Of a stretch of 64,000 nt of DNA, positions 38,434-46,829 are shown piece after piece (the stretch's first letter is position 1; every line of letters begins with the position of its first letter). Source of the DNA: Nitrososphaerota archaeon. GTDB lineage: Archaea > Thermoproteota > EX4484-205 > JAAOZP01. Where the stretch lies: the NCBI GenBank assembly GCA_011605725.1, contig JAAOZP010000003.1, forward strand, positions 26,876-90,875. Reading direction: 5' to 3'. Position numbers and translations under genes: made by a program. Below the pieces are notes generated by a model, which was not told the DNA's origin, made no database searches, and saw nothing but the letters and a program-made list of their open reading frames with translations.

Positions 38434-41400
38434 GCTGATTCCTCCATGCTTAACAGTTCATCCACTAATTGGATTACCTTTTCTCTGTCGCTTAAAACTT
38501 CGGGAACAGCGTCTCCTTCCCTTATTACTCGGAGAGACCCTAATCCATCATGCTCCTTTATTAGATAGATGCTTTTCGAGGCTTTTAAACCCTTGTTCCC
38601 CGTCTTGGAGATTATATTGTCGCAGAGCCATTGAACTATGGGGTGTGCAGGAGTCAACACGTTAGGCCTCCCAACTTCGAGACTGGCATTGTTCCATCTT
38701 CTCAATTCCTCGGGCAGCTGCTTTTCATCGATCTCCAAACCATTGTCTTTAACGCACGCCTTTAATCCCAGTGCTTTCGCTGCTTTTAGTGTGAAGTCTG
38801 CTATTCTGTTTATAACGTCTTCATCCGCGGTCTTAGCGCCCTCCCATGACGCTCCGGTAATAGTTCCCGCGATCCTGGCTGCGCGTTCTTTAACCTCGTC
38901 GACTTTCTGTAATGTTTCTGAGACTATCATCCTTATTTTCTCAGTTGTCTCTCCCTCATCCAGCGCTTTACGCAAACCCTCGCTGATTATTTCTTGAGCC
39001 GGACCCACTACTAACCCGTAGATCTCTCTCCTCTGGAAGAGAACACGGTACATCTCTGCCTCTATGCTTTCAGGGTACCAGATATTCTTCACGAGCACAA
39101 CGCTGGCTTTCTGCCCCAGCCTATCTGCCCTACCGATCCTCTGCTCAACCTTAGCCGGGTTCCACGGCATATCAACGTTAATTACCACGTTTGCTGCTTG
39201 AAGGTTAAGGCCTTCGCGCGCAGCGTCGCTGCAAACCAGAACCCTTACATTTCCATCGGTGAGTTCCCGACTGACCTCGTCCTTGTCTACTGGAACATAA
39301 GTGTCTTTCTCCCTATCGTAGACCATGCCGCCTGCACCAGTATAGATGGCGATCTCCGATTTTGAAAGATACTTGCTTTCTCTTGCAAGGAATCTTGAAA
39401 CGGCATCAACAGTATCAGTATACTTGCTGAAAATCAGAATCTTATGGCCTTTAGAAAGCAGGTCGTCTACTACTGAAACCACCTTGCGGAGTTTCGGGTC
39501 ACCTCTGGAGAGGATGTCCGGAGAATAGTCTCCAAGCTCATTCTCCAACTCTCTTAGCTTCTGAATCTCTCGCCGTATTAGTTCACCAGCCCCGCTGGCA
39601 AGAAGCTCCTGCATGGCCTCTATAATATCCTCCTCATCCCCCTCCCACTCCGGTTCTTCTATAAACCTGGAGGCTGCAGCGAGGAGCGCGTCTCTATCAC
39701 CTTTCAAGAGGGCTTCTAAAAATTCCCTCCTATTCTTTACGGTCAGGTATGCTGCCGTGAAACTGCTTACAAACCTCTGATGGTAGATGCATTTAACAAA
39801 CCCTATTATCGACTTACTTTCTCCTTTCAGTATTCTCTCATATTGCCCATATTCGTTTCTAAGATAACTGTCCAGTTTCCTTAGCAACTCCATGTGTTTA
39901 GCATCTAGTTCAACCGGCTCCTCCGCAATATGTCTCTCGGGAAAAGAGTATCCTAACTCCTTCAGTTTGCTCCTCGTGTTCCGAACCATGAACCATTGCA
40001 CGGGGTTAAGGGCGAGAAGCAGCTTCCTCAACCGTTCGATCCCATGGTGTTGTACTACGTCCACGATTTTTTCCAAACCCTCTCCGGACAGTATGCGTTC
40101 AGTTATTGTTTCAGCCGTGTGCTGATCGCCGAAAATCTTTTCAAGAATCTCTTGAAGCTCTTTCCTGTCAACATATTGACCAGCTATCCACGATGCTAAT
40201 CTTAGGCAGAATTCCCATTCCGACTTGGTGATGGTAGCCGGGTCGGAGGACAGTGCTCTGAAATATCTTTGAAAATCCTCCTCGTGAACCCAGGGTCCGC
40301 TTAGCCCAAGTATCTGAAGCAGATCCATGGCTTCAGCCTCGTAGAGCTGAACCGGCGTCGCAGTGACGAGCAGTATGTGAGGAGCTGTAACACTGAGCTC
40401 CGCAAGCAGGTCGTTAAGCAGGGTTGGCTCTATCTTCCCAGGGCTCCTCTTCTTCCTCGCATGGTGGGCTTCGTCAACCACTATTAGGTCGAAGAACTTC
40501 CCGGTGTTAAGAAGCTCTGGAGGCCTGTTTCTAGATCCTCGAGCATAATGCCAGGAGGCTATCATTAAATCAATACCCTGCTTGTCAAAAGGGTTTTCAC
40601 CGTGCCCTATGGGTATCAACCTGCCTTCAACATCAACGAATTCTTTCCTAAAGGTGTCGAGCAACCAGAAGCGGAGGCCGAAGTGGCTCCACATCTCCTC
40701 CATCCATTGTCTCGCAACATTCTTAGGGGACAGTATTAGGATTCTTTGTGCCCGACCCAGCGACACTAGCCTCTTGATTATGGCTCCCGCCTCAATCGTT
40801 TTCCCCAGTCCAACCTCGTCGGCAAGCAACACTCTGTGAGGATACCTGGACAGGGCGAAGTCGACGGCGTAAGCCTGATACGGGTGGAGAGCCACGGGCC
40901 CGAGACCCAGGTGGGCGAATTGCCTTATGTTCCCGATTTCTCTAACGAGTCTAGCAGCCGGGACCAATAATTGGCAGGCAGCAAAATTAGGTATACCCAC
41001 CCCTTCTATAACCGTTTCGTCTTCCAAAGGGTCTGTTTCAGGAGGCTTTGCACCATAATATTTTTCCCTAAGCTTTTTCTCAACCACCTCAGGCAGGGGA
41101 AACACGAAATAATCGGGATGCTTATCCTCCCAGAGAACATCAAACCTCTCTGTATACCTCTTAATATACTCCTCGTGCCCAGGTTTCCAAGACATGTGAA
41201 CAGTCAGGTTTTCACCGTTTATCTCGTATGCAGCCCGGGTTTCATTCGCGCTTCCAGCGGCGGCGATAGTGCAGCCATCAAAATCCCTGAATATCATCAG
41301 TTTTTCATGAAAAATGCCATTGCCCAGCCCAAGGAAAGTCTTCTTCGGCAGCGCTACCCTGACTTCAAGCGTGCCGTTCACCAGCATCCAGGCTAAGGCT

Positions 41401-41756
41401 TCAATCCTTCTCCGAGCTATTATATCCTCAGCCTTTTCAAGTCCAGCAGCTATTCTCTCCCCGATCTCGCGGATCAGTTCCTCAGCCCTTTCCCTACTCA
41501 TCCTGTATGCCTCTACGAGATCCGGCTCCACATCGTGAAGCCCAACTATCAGCTTCATCCGCCCATTGTTCCTCAGGAGACCAGCTATGCCGGCGGCCAC
41601 AACAATAAGGGAGTCTGCGCTGAAAAAGCCCGACAGCCTCTCGTAATAGCAACATCTTTTAAGAACAGGAATGTAAAAGCGCTGGGCTATAATATTTCCA
41701 TCACCCTCATACATTATCTCGAGACTGGAGCCGAGTTCCTCATAGAGGCATCCCAT
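38430..41756 (-). CDS. PLD (HKD) nuclease-SNF2 helicase fusion
   Basis: FHEKLMIFRD...GSANET; LLADEVGLGKT; DEAHH; TATP; EGLNLQ; PWNP..EQRIGRADR. Confidence 0.92.
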   Translation of the reverse strand: MGCLYEELGSSLEIMYEGDGNIIAQRFYIPVLKRCCYYERLSGFFSADSLIVVAAGIAGLLRNNGRMKLIVGLHDVEPDLVEAYRMSRERAEELIREIGERIAAGLEKAEDIIARRRIEALAWMLVNGTLEVRVALPKKTFLGLGNGIFHEKLMIFRDFDGCTIAAAGSANETRAAYEINGENLTVHMSWKPGHEEYIKRYTERFDVLWEDKHPDYFVFPLPEVVEKKLREKYYGAKPPETDPLEDETVIEGVGIPNFAACQLLVPAARLVREIGNIRQFAHLGLGPVALHPYQAYAVDFALSRYPHRVLLADEVGLGKTIEAGAIIKRLVSLGRAQRILILSPKNVARQWMEEMWSHFGLRFWLLDTFRKEFVDVEGRLIPIGHGENPFDKQGIDLMIASWHYARGSRNRPPELLNTGKFFDLIVVDEAHHARKKRSPGKIEPTLLNDLLAELSVTAPHILLVTATPVQLYEAEAMDLLQILGLSGPWVHEEDFQRYFRALSSDPATITKSEWEFCLRLASWIAGQYVDRKELQEILEKIFGDQHTAETITERILSGEGLEKIVDVVQHHGIERLRKLLLALNPVQWFMVRNTRSKLKELGYSFPERHIAEEPVELDAKHMELLRKLDSYLRNEYGQYERILKGESKSIIGFVKCIYHQRFVSSFTAAYLTVKNRREFLEALLKGDRDALLAAASRFIEEPEWEGDEEDIIEAMQELLASGAGELIRREIQKLRELENELGDYSPDILSRGDPKLRKVVSVVDDLLSKGHKILIFSKYTDTVDAVSRFLARESKYLSKSEIAIYTGAGGMVYDREKDTYVPVDKDEVSRELTDGNVRVLVCSDAAREGLNLQAANVVINVDMPWNPAKVEQRIGRADRLGQKASVVLVKNIWYPESIEAEMYRVLFQRREIYGLVVGPAQEIISEGLRKALDEGETTEKIRMIVSETLQKVDEVKERAARIAGTITGASWEGAKTADEDVINRIADFTLKAAKALGLKACVKDNGLEIDEKQLPEELRRWNNASLEVGRPNVLTPAHPIVQWLCDNIISKTGNKGLKASKSIYLIKEHDGLGSLRVIREGDAVPEVLSDREKVIQLVDELLSMEESA

Positions 41757-42022
41757 TAGTTATCTTAGAAACCATGCAGCGGTATTTAAAAATTGATTCG
41801 TATTTTCATCCACATTAAAACTGTAGGCATGCTGCTTAAATAGCTCTTTATTCGCACTTGACGAAAAATAACAATGAGTGAAAAGCTTGCCGAGCTCAGC
41901 ATGGTACGTGGTTAAACAAGTTCTTACGCGCGTAGGGATGAAGGAATCAGAGGTATTGCAAAATATGTGAAGAACTTTATGTTCTCCAAAAGGAATTTGA
42001 GTGTAAAGATTATTCTTTCAGG

Positions 42023-42034
42023 TAGCGTGCGCTA
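42023..42034. repeat. Boundary palindrome TAGCGTGCGCTA
   Basis: One transition from consensus; further copies near 41925 and 42110. Confidence 0.85.
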
Positions 42035-42153
42035 AAAACTGGTTTAAACTTTTTAAATACGGCTAATTCTTATATATTGCAACTGGAAAGTGTTTTATTA
42101 ATAAGCGTGGCACGCGCTAAACTTATATTGCCTGATTGGTTTAAAATATTGGA

Positions 42154-43077
42154 ATGAGGGAAGAACGGCTGTATGATCCGGTGGGGGAATGGCTTATCAG
42201 GGAGAAGGGTTGTCAGCGGGATAAATATTCTCAAGGTTATTTGAAGGACGCGCAGATCGGAAATTTTAGATTCGACGTACTTGGTATAAGGTATGAGGTA
42301 GTACATGAATGCATAAATCATCTGGATTTTCACGGCTATATCGTCGAGGTGAAGGGTGATGAAACCGGTCTGGATGAACTCATCGGTAAAGTAATGATGG
42401 TTAAGGAAGGTATTAAAGGTCACTCTATAATAGAGCACTTTAGTGGATTGGATACCGTTGAATTATACATAGCCTACCCGACAGAACAGGTGAAAACCGA
42501 AATACTCAGAATATGTGAAAGAGAGGGAATCGGCATCCTAAGGCTTCAAATCGTTGACGAGAAAACCGTGCACGTATATAACGTAGGCGTAAAACCTGAA
42601 CTGATTTATATCTGTGGAATATCGCATGAAGCTCAAAAATCCCCTGGAAACTTTGAAAGTGCTATGAATGAATTCGGTTATCTGAGGCAGATGTTTCAGA
42701 GGCCCTCGGACATGTTTGAAGACCTCATTAGGCCAAGTAAAGAAGAATACAACGCTCAACTGAAACTAAAAGAACTTCAAGGCTATGTTAGGAACAAGGA
42801 GAGCGAAGAGGCGCTGGATTTCCTCATCGAAAAAATCCAAGAGAAACTTCCACAAGTCAATATCACAAGTGCTGGAGGAAAGATAGCGTTCATACTACAT
42901 GGAACCGAGTTGCTTAACATCGTCCCTACTACTAAGTATTTTTACGTGCAGTTAGGCGAAGGAGAAAGATATAGAATTCTATCTAGAAATGAGATAATAG
43001 GATTCGAAGGTAGTGTTGATAATCTGATAGACTCTGTAATAATACCATACATAAATGATAAGATTAAAAAGAGATAA
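42154..43077 (+). CDS. PD-(D/E)XK restriction-endonuclease-fold protein
   Basis: EERLY...RFDVLG...IVEVKG...LYIAYP...GIGIL. Confidence 0.7.
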   Translation: MREERLYDPVGEWLIREKGCQRDKYSQGYLKDAQIGNFRFDVLGIRYEVVHECINHLDFHGYIVEVKGDETGLDELIGKVMMVKEGIKGHSIIEHFSGLDTVELYIAYPTEQVKTEILRICEREGIGILRLQIVDEKTVHVYNVGVKPELIYICGISHEAQKSPGNFESAMNEFGYLRQMFQRPSDMFEDLIRPSKEEYNAQLKLKELQGYVRNKESEEALDFLIEKIQEKLPQVNITSAGGKIAFILHGTELLNIVPTTKYFYVQLGEGERYRILSRNEIIGFEGSVDNLIDSVIIPYINDKIKKR

Positions 43078-43189
43078 AAATTAGGACTCATAGTAGTGTG
43101 CACTAATAGAATAAGCAAGAGGAAAATTTACCCTAAAAATGGAAGGCCTAGTAGTTTAGGAACCAACATGACTATAAAGTGTTCGAAGT

Positions 43190-43816
43190 TCAGATAGGAC
43201 TAAGCTTCATGAATAACTCTCTGTGCGATTTTATGACATTTTTAATTTCGTTTGCCAGCTTCTTTTCTTTTCCCTCTTTAAAGCATAACCACTGCCCATA
43301 TAGCCAAAGGTACTCATCCATCTGTTTGTAGGTTATTGACAAACCAGATTCTGATATTAACCTATCTATGCCGGATTTGAATTCACGATATCCCACTAGT
43401 TTTTCTCCTAACAGCTTGCTTAACGCATACTTTGCAAAAGAGTCATATATAGGGAATTTATGTGGTTGGTGAAAGTGGCAATATTTGCTCGTAAAGACTA
43501 ACCCCAGTCTTTTCCCTCCTTGGACGTAAAGCTTAGAGATGTCCTCAACTATATCAACCGGGTCCTCTTTTTCCAACCTGTCATCTATGTTAGCGTGAAC
43601 AAGCACCTCAGCAACCTTCTGCACATCCATTTTAAGGTTGCAATTGTACAACTTATCCAAAAGAACAACTTTATACGCTACATCCCGCACATTATCATTT
43701 TTATTGTACGTTTTAAATTCACGGTAAAGCAATTCATCTATCCGTCCCCAAGTTAGTACCTTATCAAGTATCTGCTTTGCCACGCTAAAAATTTCGCTCG
43801 TGAGCATCTTTATCAT
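43190..43816 (-). CDS. Hypothetical HhH/glycosylase-like helical protein (related to 25169..25843)
   Basis: VFTSKYCHFHQPHKFPIYDS; YKQMDEYLW. Confidence 0.55.
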   Translation of the reverse strand: MIKMLTSEIFSVAKQILDKVLTWGRIDELLYREFKTYNKNDNVRDVAYKVVLLDKLYNCNLKMDVQKVAEVLVHANIDDRLEKEDPVDIVEDISKLYVQGGKRLGLVFTSKYCHFHQPHKFPIYDSFAKYALSKLLGEKLVGYREFKSGIDRLISESGLSITYKQMDEYLWLYGQWLCFKEGKEKKLANEIKNVIKSHRELFMKLSPI

Positions 43817-43889
43817 TACAACTTCGCCAATCCTAATAAGTTTTTCGCTGGTAGGGCACGCTAAAGACGTTTATGTTAGAGTATTGTTT

Positions 43890-44165
43890 CTACTCTTCAA
43901 CTATGAATCCTTCTTCAATCAGGATTCTTCTGCAATCCTTGCAGAGCGACTTCAACCATTTGGCAAGTAGTCTTCTCTCCTGTTCCGCAGACTTTATTTT
44001 AACGCTGAAGATCCTGTCGAACCTCCTCTGCACTCTTTGCACACGAGGTCATACTCTGAGGAGCGCATTCCTTGAGATAGAAGGTAGGGATAATTTAAGC
44101 GTTTGTTGTCAAAAACAACAACATGTTGCACCCAGCGTCATAAGCCTTTTTAACACGGTTTGAAT
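43890..44165 (-). pseudogene. Degraded 3' gene remnant between two palindromes
   Basis: ...FDRIFSVKIKSAEQERRLLAKWLKSLCKDCRRILIEEGFIVEE*; flanked by TAGGGCACGCTA 43852 and TAGCACGCGCTT 44166. Confidence 0.35.
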
Positions 44166-44535
44166 TAGCACGCGCTTCTCCTCCTAGCTTAAGGAAGGTT
44201 AGCGTAGCTAAACTTAAGAGTGTGACAAAAGGTTCAAAATTTTGGTAGACGTGGTTAAAGATAAGAATACATTGCGTTTATGCAGATTTGCTTAATTTCA
44301 AAAATGAAAAAGAAGCTTGAAACAGTGTTTAAGGAAGCGCGCGCGCTCTGACGCTCTAAAATAGCAATGAGTGGTAAATGGATGTAATCGCAGCGTGCTT
44401 TCGCTGACTTTAAAAATCAGGCTGTTCACGACCCTTTTTCAGAGACCTCTGATAGGCTTGAATTGGATAACGGAAGTACGGTATGATTTATTCTTAAGGC
44501 AAAGCTTAAAAGTAGTATGTAAGGCTTATAGTTGG

Positions 44536-44763
44536 ATGAGAAAAATTATTCAGGTGAGGGTTTACAAGGGGGAGAAATACTACGTTGCTGAGTGTGTTGA
44601 CCTGCCTGTTGTCAGCCAGGGGAAAACGCTGGACGAGGCTGTGGAGAACATAAGGGAAGCGATAAGCCTCCATCTTGAAGGAGAGGATTTAAGCGAATGG
44701 GACATACTTCCAGATTTTTCCATACTGATTAGCATGGAAGTCCCTCCTCATGTCGAGGCTTAA
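44536..44763 (+). CDS. hicB: HicB-family antitoxin
   Basis: YYVAECVDLPVVSQGKTLDEAVENIREAISLHLE. Confidence 0.9.
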   Translation: MRKIIQVRVYKGEKYYVAECVDLPVVSQGKTLDEAVENIREAISLHLEGEDLSEWDILPDFSILISMEVPPHVEA

Positions 44764-44992
44764 AGTATTAAGCGGGAAAGACGTAGTTAAAATACTTTCA
44801 AGGTTTGGATTCATACCAGTGTCTCAAAAAGGAAGCCATGTGAAGCTAAGGAGAACCCTGCCTAGCGGGACGATACAGTCTTTAACAATTCCTCTACACG
44901 AAGAGTTAGACAAGGGAACTTTAAAGGCAATCTATAGGCAAGCCTTAAGATTCATCCCTGAAGAGGAGTTGAAGCCTTATTTTTACGATTAA
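44750..44992 (+). CDS. hicA: HicA-family toxin
   Basis: SGKDVVKIL..FGF...QKGSHVKL...TIPLH...GTLKAI. Confidence 0.92.
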   Translation: MSRLKVLSGKDVVKILSRFGFIPVSQKGSHVKLRRTLPSGTIQSLTIPLHEELDKGTLKAIYRQALRFIPEEELKPYFYD

Positions 44993-45144
44993 TTATGAAG
45001 CGTTGAAATAGGTCTTCGCTTAAATCAACAAAAAAGGAGAGCTTCAAAACACGATTCTAGAATCGGGCTACGAGTTACGAGCCTCAGAAAACTATTCCTA
45101 AGGAGGAAGCTTAGCGACTAAGGTTCTCAGCTGCAGCAACCATG

Positions 45145-45156
45145 TAGTGCGCGCTA
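45145..45156. repeat. Boundary palindrome TAGTGCGCGCTA
   Basis: Between the HicAB module and the toxin locus. Confidence 0.85.
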
Positions 45157-45350
45157 GTATAGTTGTTGTGTGAAGAATAACTCGTGGAATGCCTTTAGCG
45201 CACGTGAAGTTTTTAAACGGGTTTTCTAAGACTGCTGCATTCTTTTGCATGCTTACTTTCACTCAACCCTCTCCCTCAAGCGTTTACTTTCCTAAGATTC
45301 CTGCATGGTTGGAAAACCTTTATCTTAAGCCTATGCACACTATATATGGA

Positions 45351-46829
45351 ATGGTTGGGCGCGCCTTTCTGAGAGGCCTGTTCTACACCATATTCTCCTC
45401 CTCAATCCTCATGCCCCTCCTCTTCTCCAGCCTAATTCCTCAATCAAGTAGGCCAACGGCCTCGGCAACCCCATCATCCTACTCCTGGAGCAGCCTTAGG
45501 GTAGACTCAGTAAGCATAGCTTACTCTGTGGATGAAAGAGCCTGGTACGGCGGTACAGGATACCTCCACATCAAAACCAATGGCCAAGGAGTCTACAGCG
45601 ACACGAAGACTGCCACGGCAGTAGTGACTATACCTGAAGGCCTCTCCGCAAGCGTTTACGTCTGCGGTGACGATAGGTTTCCGCCTCCGGACGGATGGAC
45701 TGTTTTAGAGAAATATCTGAGGCTCTACGTTGACGGGGCTAAGGTTTACGAGCTTGGCAAGGAGTACTGGTGGGCCAAATGCTACAGGAGGGCTGCCACC
45801 ATCGGTCAAGGAACGCATGAGGTCAGGCTGACTGTGGGCATCACGATTAACGTTTCTTCAAACGCCTACTTGGAGTGCGACCTAGCTTACGCAAGCATGG
45901 ACATTAGGCTTGAGGGAAGCGGAACAATAATGGCTGAATCTCATGCTGCTGAAGCAGCCCTAGACGGGGAAACAAACCATGTCTTCACTTTCAGGCTTCC
46001 CCAAGTTAGCGGCGTTAGAAACATGAGCTGGAGGGCAGTATGGAGAGGCGTTGAGAAAACCGGTTATGGAACACCGGGAAGTGTTCAGAAAGCGGTTTTT
46101 CAAGATGTAAACAGAGACTGCTGGTCGTTCACCAGTCCGGTTGTGATCAGAGTTGGAGGCAGCGTCCCATCAGCTAGCGCTGGCGAAGGCTATACTATTG
46201 ACGCTGTTTACGACGAGGGCTCCGGTGAAGTTGGTGTACATAAGGTTGCTGTTGCGATAAATAATGGTGATGAGGTTGGCTTCACATCCGGGAAATACCT
46301 TGTCACAGAGATTAAGAGGGAAACCAGGGTTGTCGGAGGGACGCTGATAGGCTCTGAGATATGGACGAATAGTGGCTCAACAATCAGCTTCAACCAGACG
46401 ATAAGCTACTATTCATCGAGTGGATGGGTCACGGAGAGGATTAGGAGTGGTGTTGAAACAGGCTCGGCTGTGGTGAAGGTTTTCCAGGAGCTGAACGTTT
46501 CAAGAAGGGTGGGCTTCTCCTCGAAGAACAGGAGTGACGAGCTTGAGCTAACGGTAAGGGTTCCCAGGATAACTCTTGTCTTCACCCATATTGTTGTCTC
46601 GGCTGAGAGGAATGGTGGAAGCGTTAACGTTAGGGTTTCTTGGGCTCACGACGGCAGTCCAGTGGCAGGCCTCAGAGTGAAGTGTTTTGAAACTGATCAG
46701 AGCGGCGTGACGGACCTTAATGGAAGAGTTTCCTTCACCATATTGGGCTCAGGCTTCGAGGCAACCATCTATCCTGTTGAGGGCAGGAACGGGATAACCG
46801 CGTTTGAGAAGGCTAGGGTGGGATTATGA
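45351..46829 (+). CDS. Secreted beta-rich protein with C-terminal carboxypeptidase-regulatory/Ig-like domain
   Basis: Signal-like MVGRAFLRGLFYTIFSSSILMPLLFSSLI; DGSPVAGLRV...GVTDLNGRVSF; overlaps the next gene. Confidence 0.7.
   Translation: MVGRAFLRGLFYTIFSSSILMPLLFSSLIPQSSRPTASATPSSYSWSSLRVDSVSIAYSVDERAWYGGTGYLHIKTNGQGVYSDTKTATAVVTIPEGLSASVYVCGDDRFPPPDGWTVLEKYLRLYVDGAKVYELGKEYWWAKCYRRAATIGQGTHEVRLTVGITINVSSNAYLECDLAYASMDIRLEGSGTIMAESHAAEAALDGETNHVFTFRLPQVSGVRNMSWRAVWRGVEKTGYGTPGSVQKAVFQDVNRDCWSFTSPVVIRVGGSVPSASAGEGYTIDAVYDEGSGEVGVHKVAVAINNGDEVGFTSGKYLVTEIKRETRVVGGTLIGSEIWTNSGSTISFNQTISYYSSSGWVTERIRSGVETGSAVVKVFQELNVSRRVGFSSKNRSDELELTVRVPRITLVFTHIVVSAERNGGSVNVRVSWAHDGSPVAGLRVKCFETDQSGVTDLNGRVSFTILGSGFEATIYPVEGRNGITAFEKARVGL

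Noticed and set aside
44371-44535. N-terminal extension of HicB in the ORF track
   Set aside because: HicB similarity starts at ATG 44536, which has a TATA-like element upstream
45189-45350. N-terminal extension of the 546-aa ORF
   Set aside because: Overlaps a motif copy and a TATA-like AAACCTTTATC; the signal-like sequence starts at 45351
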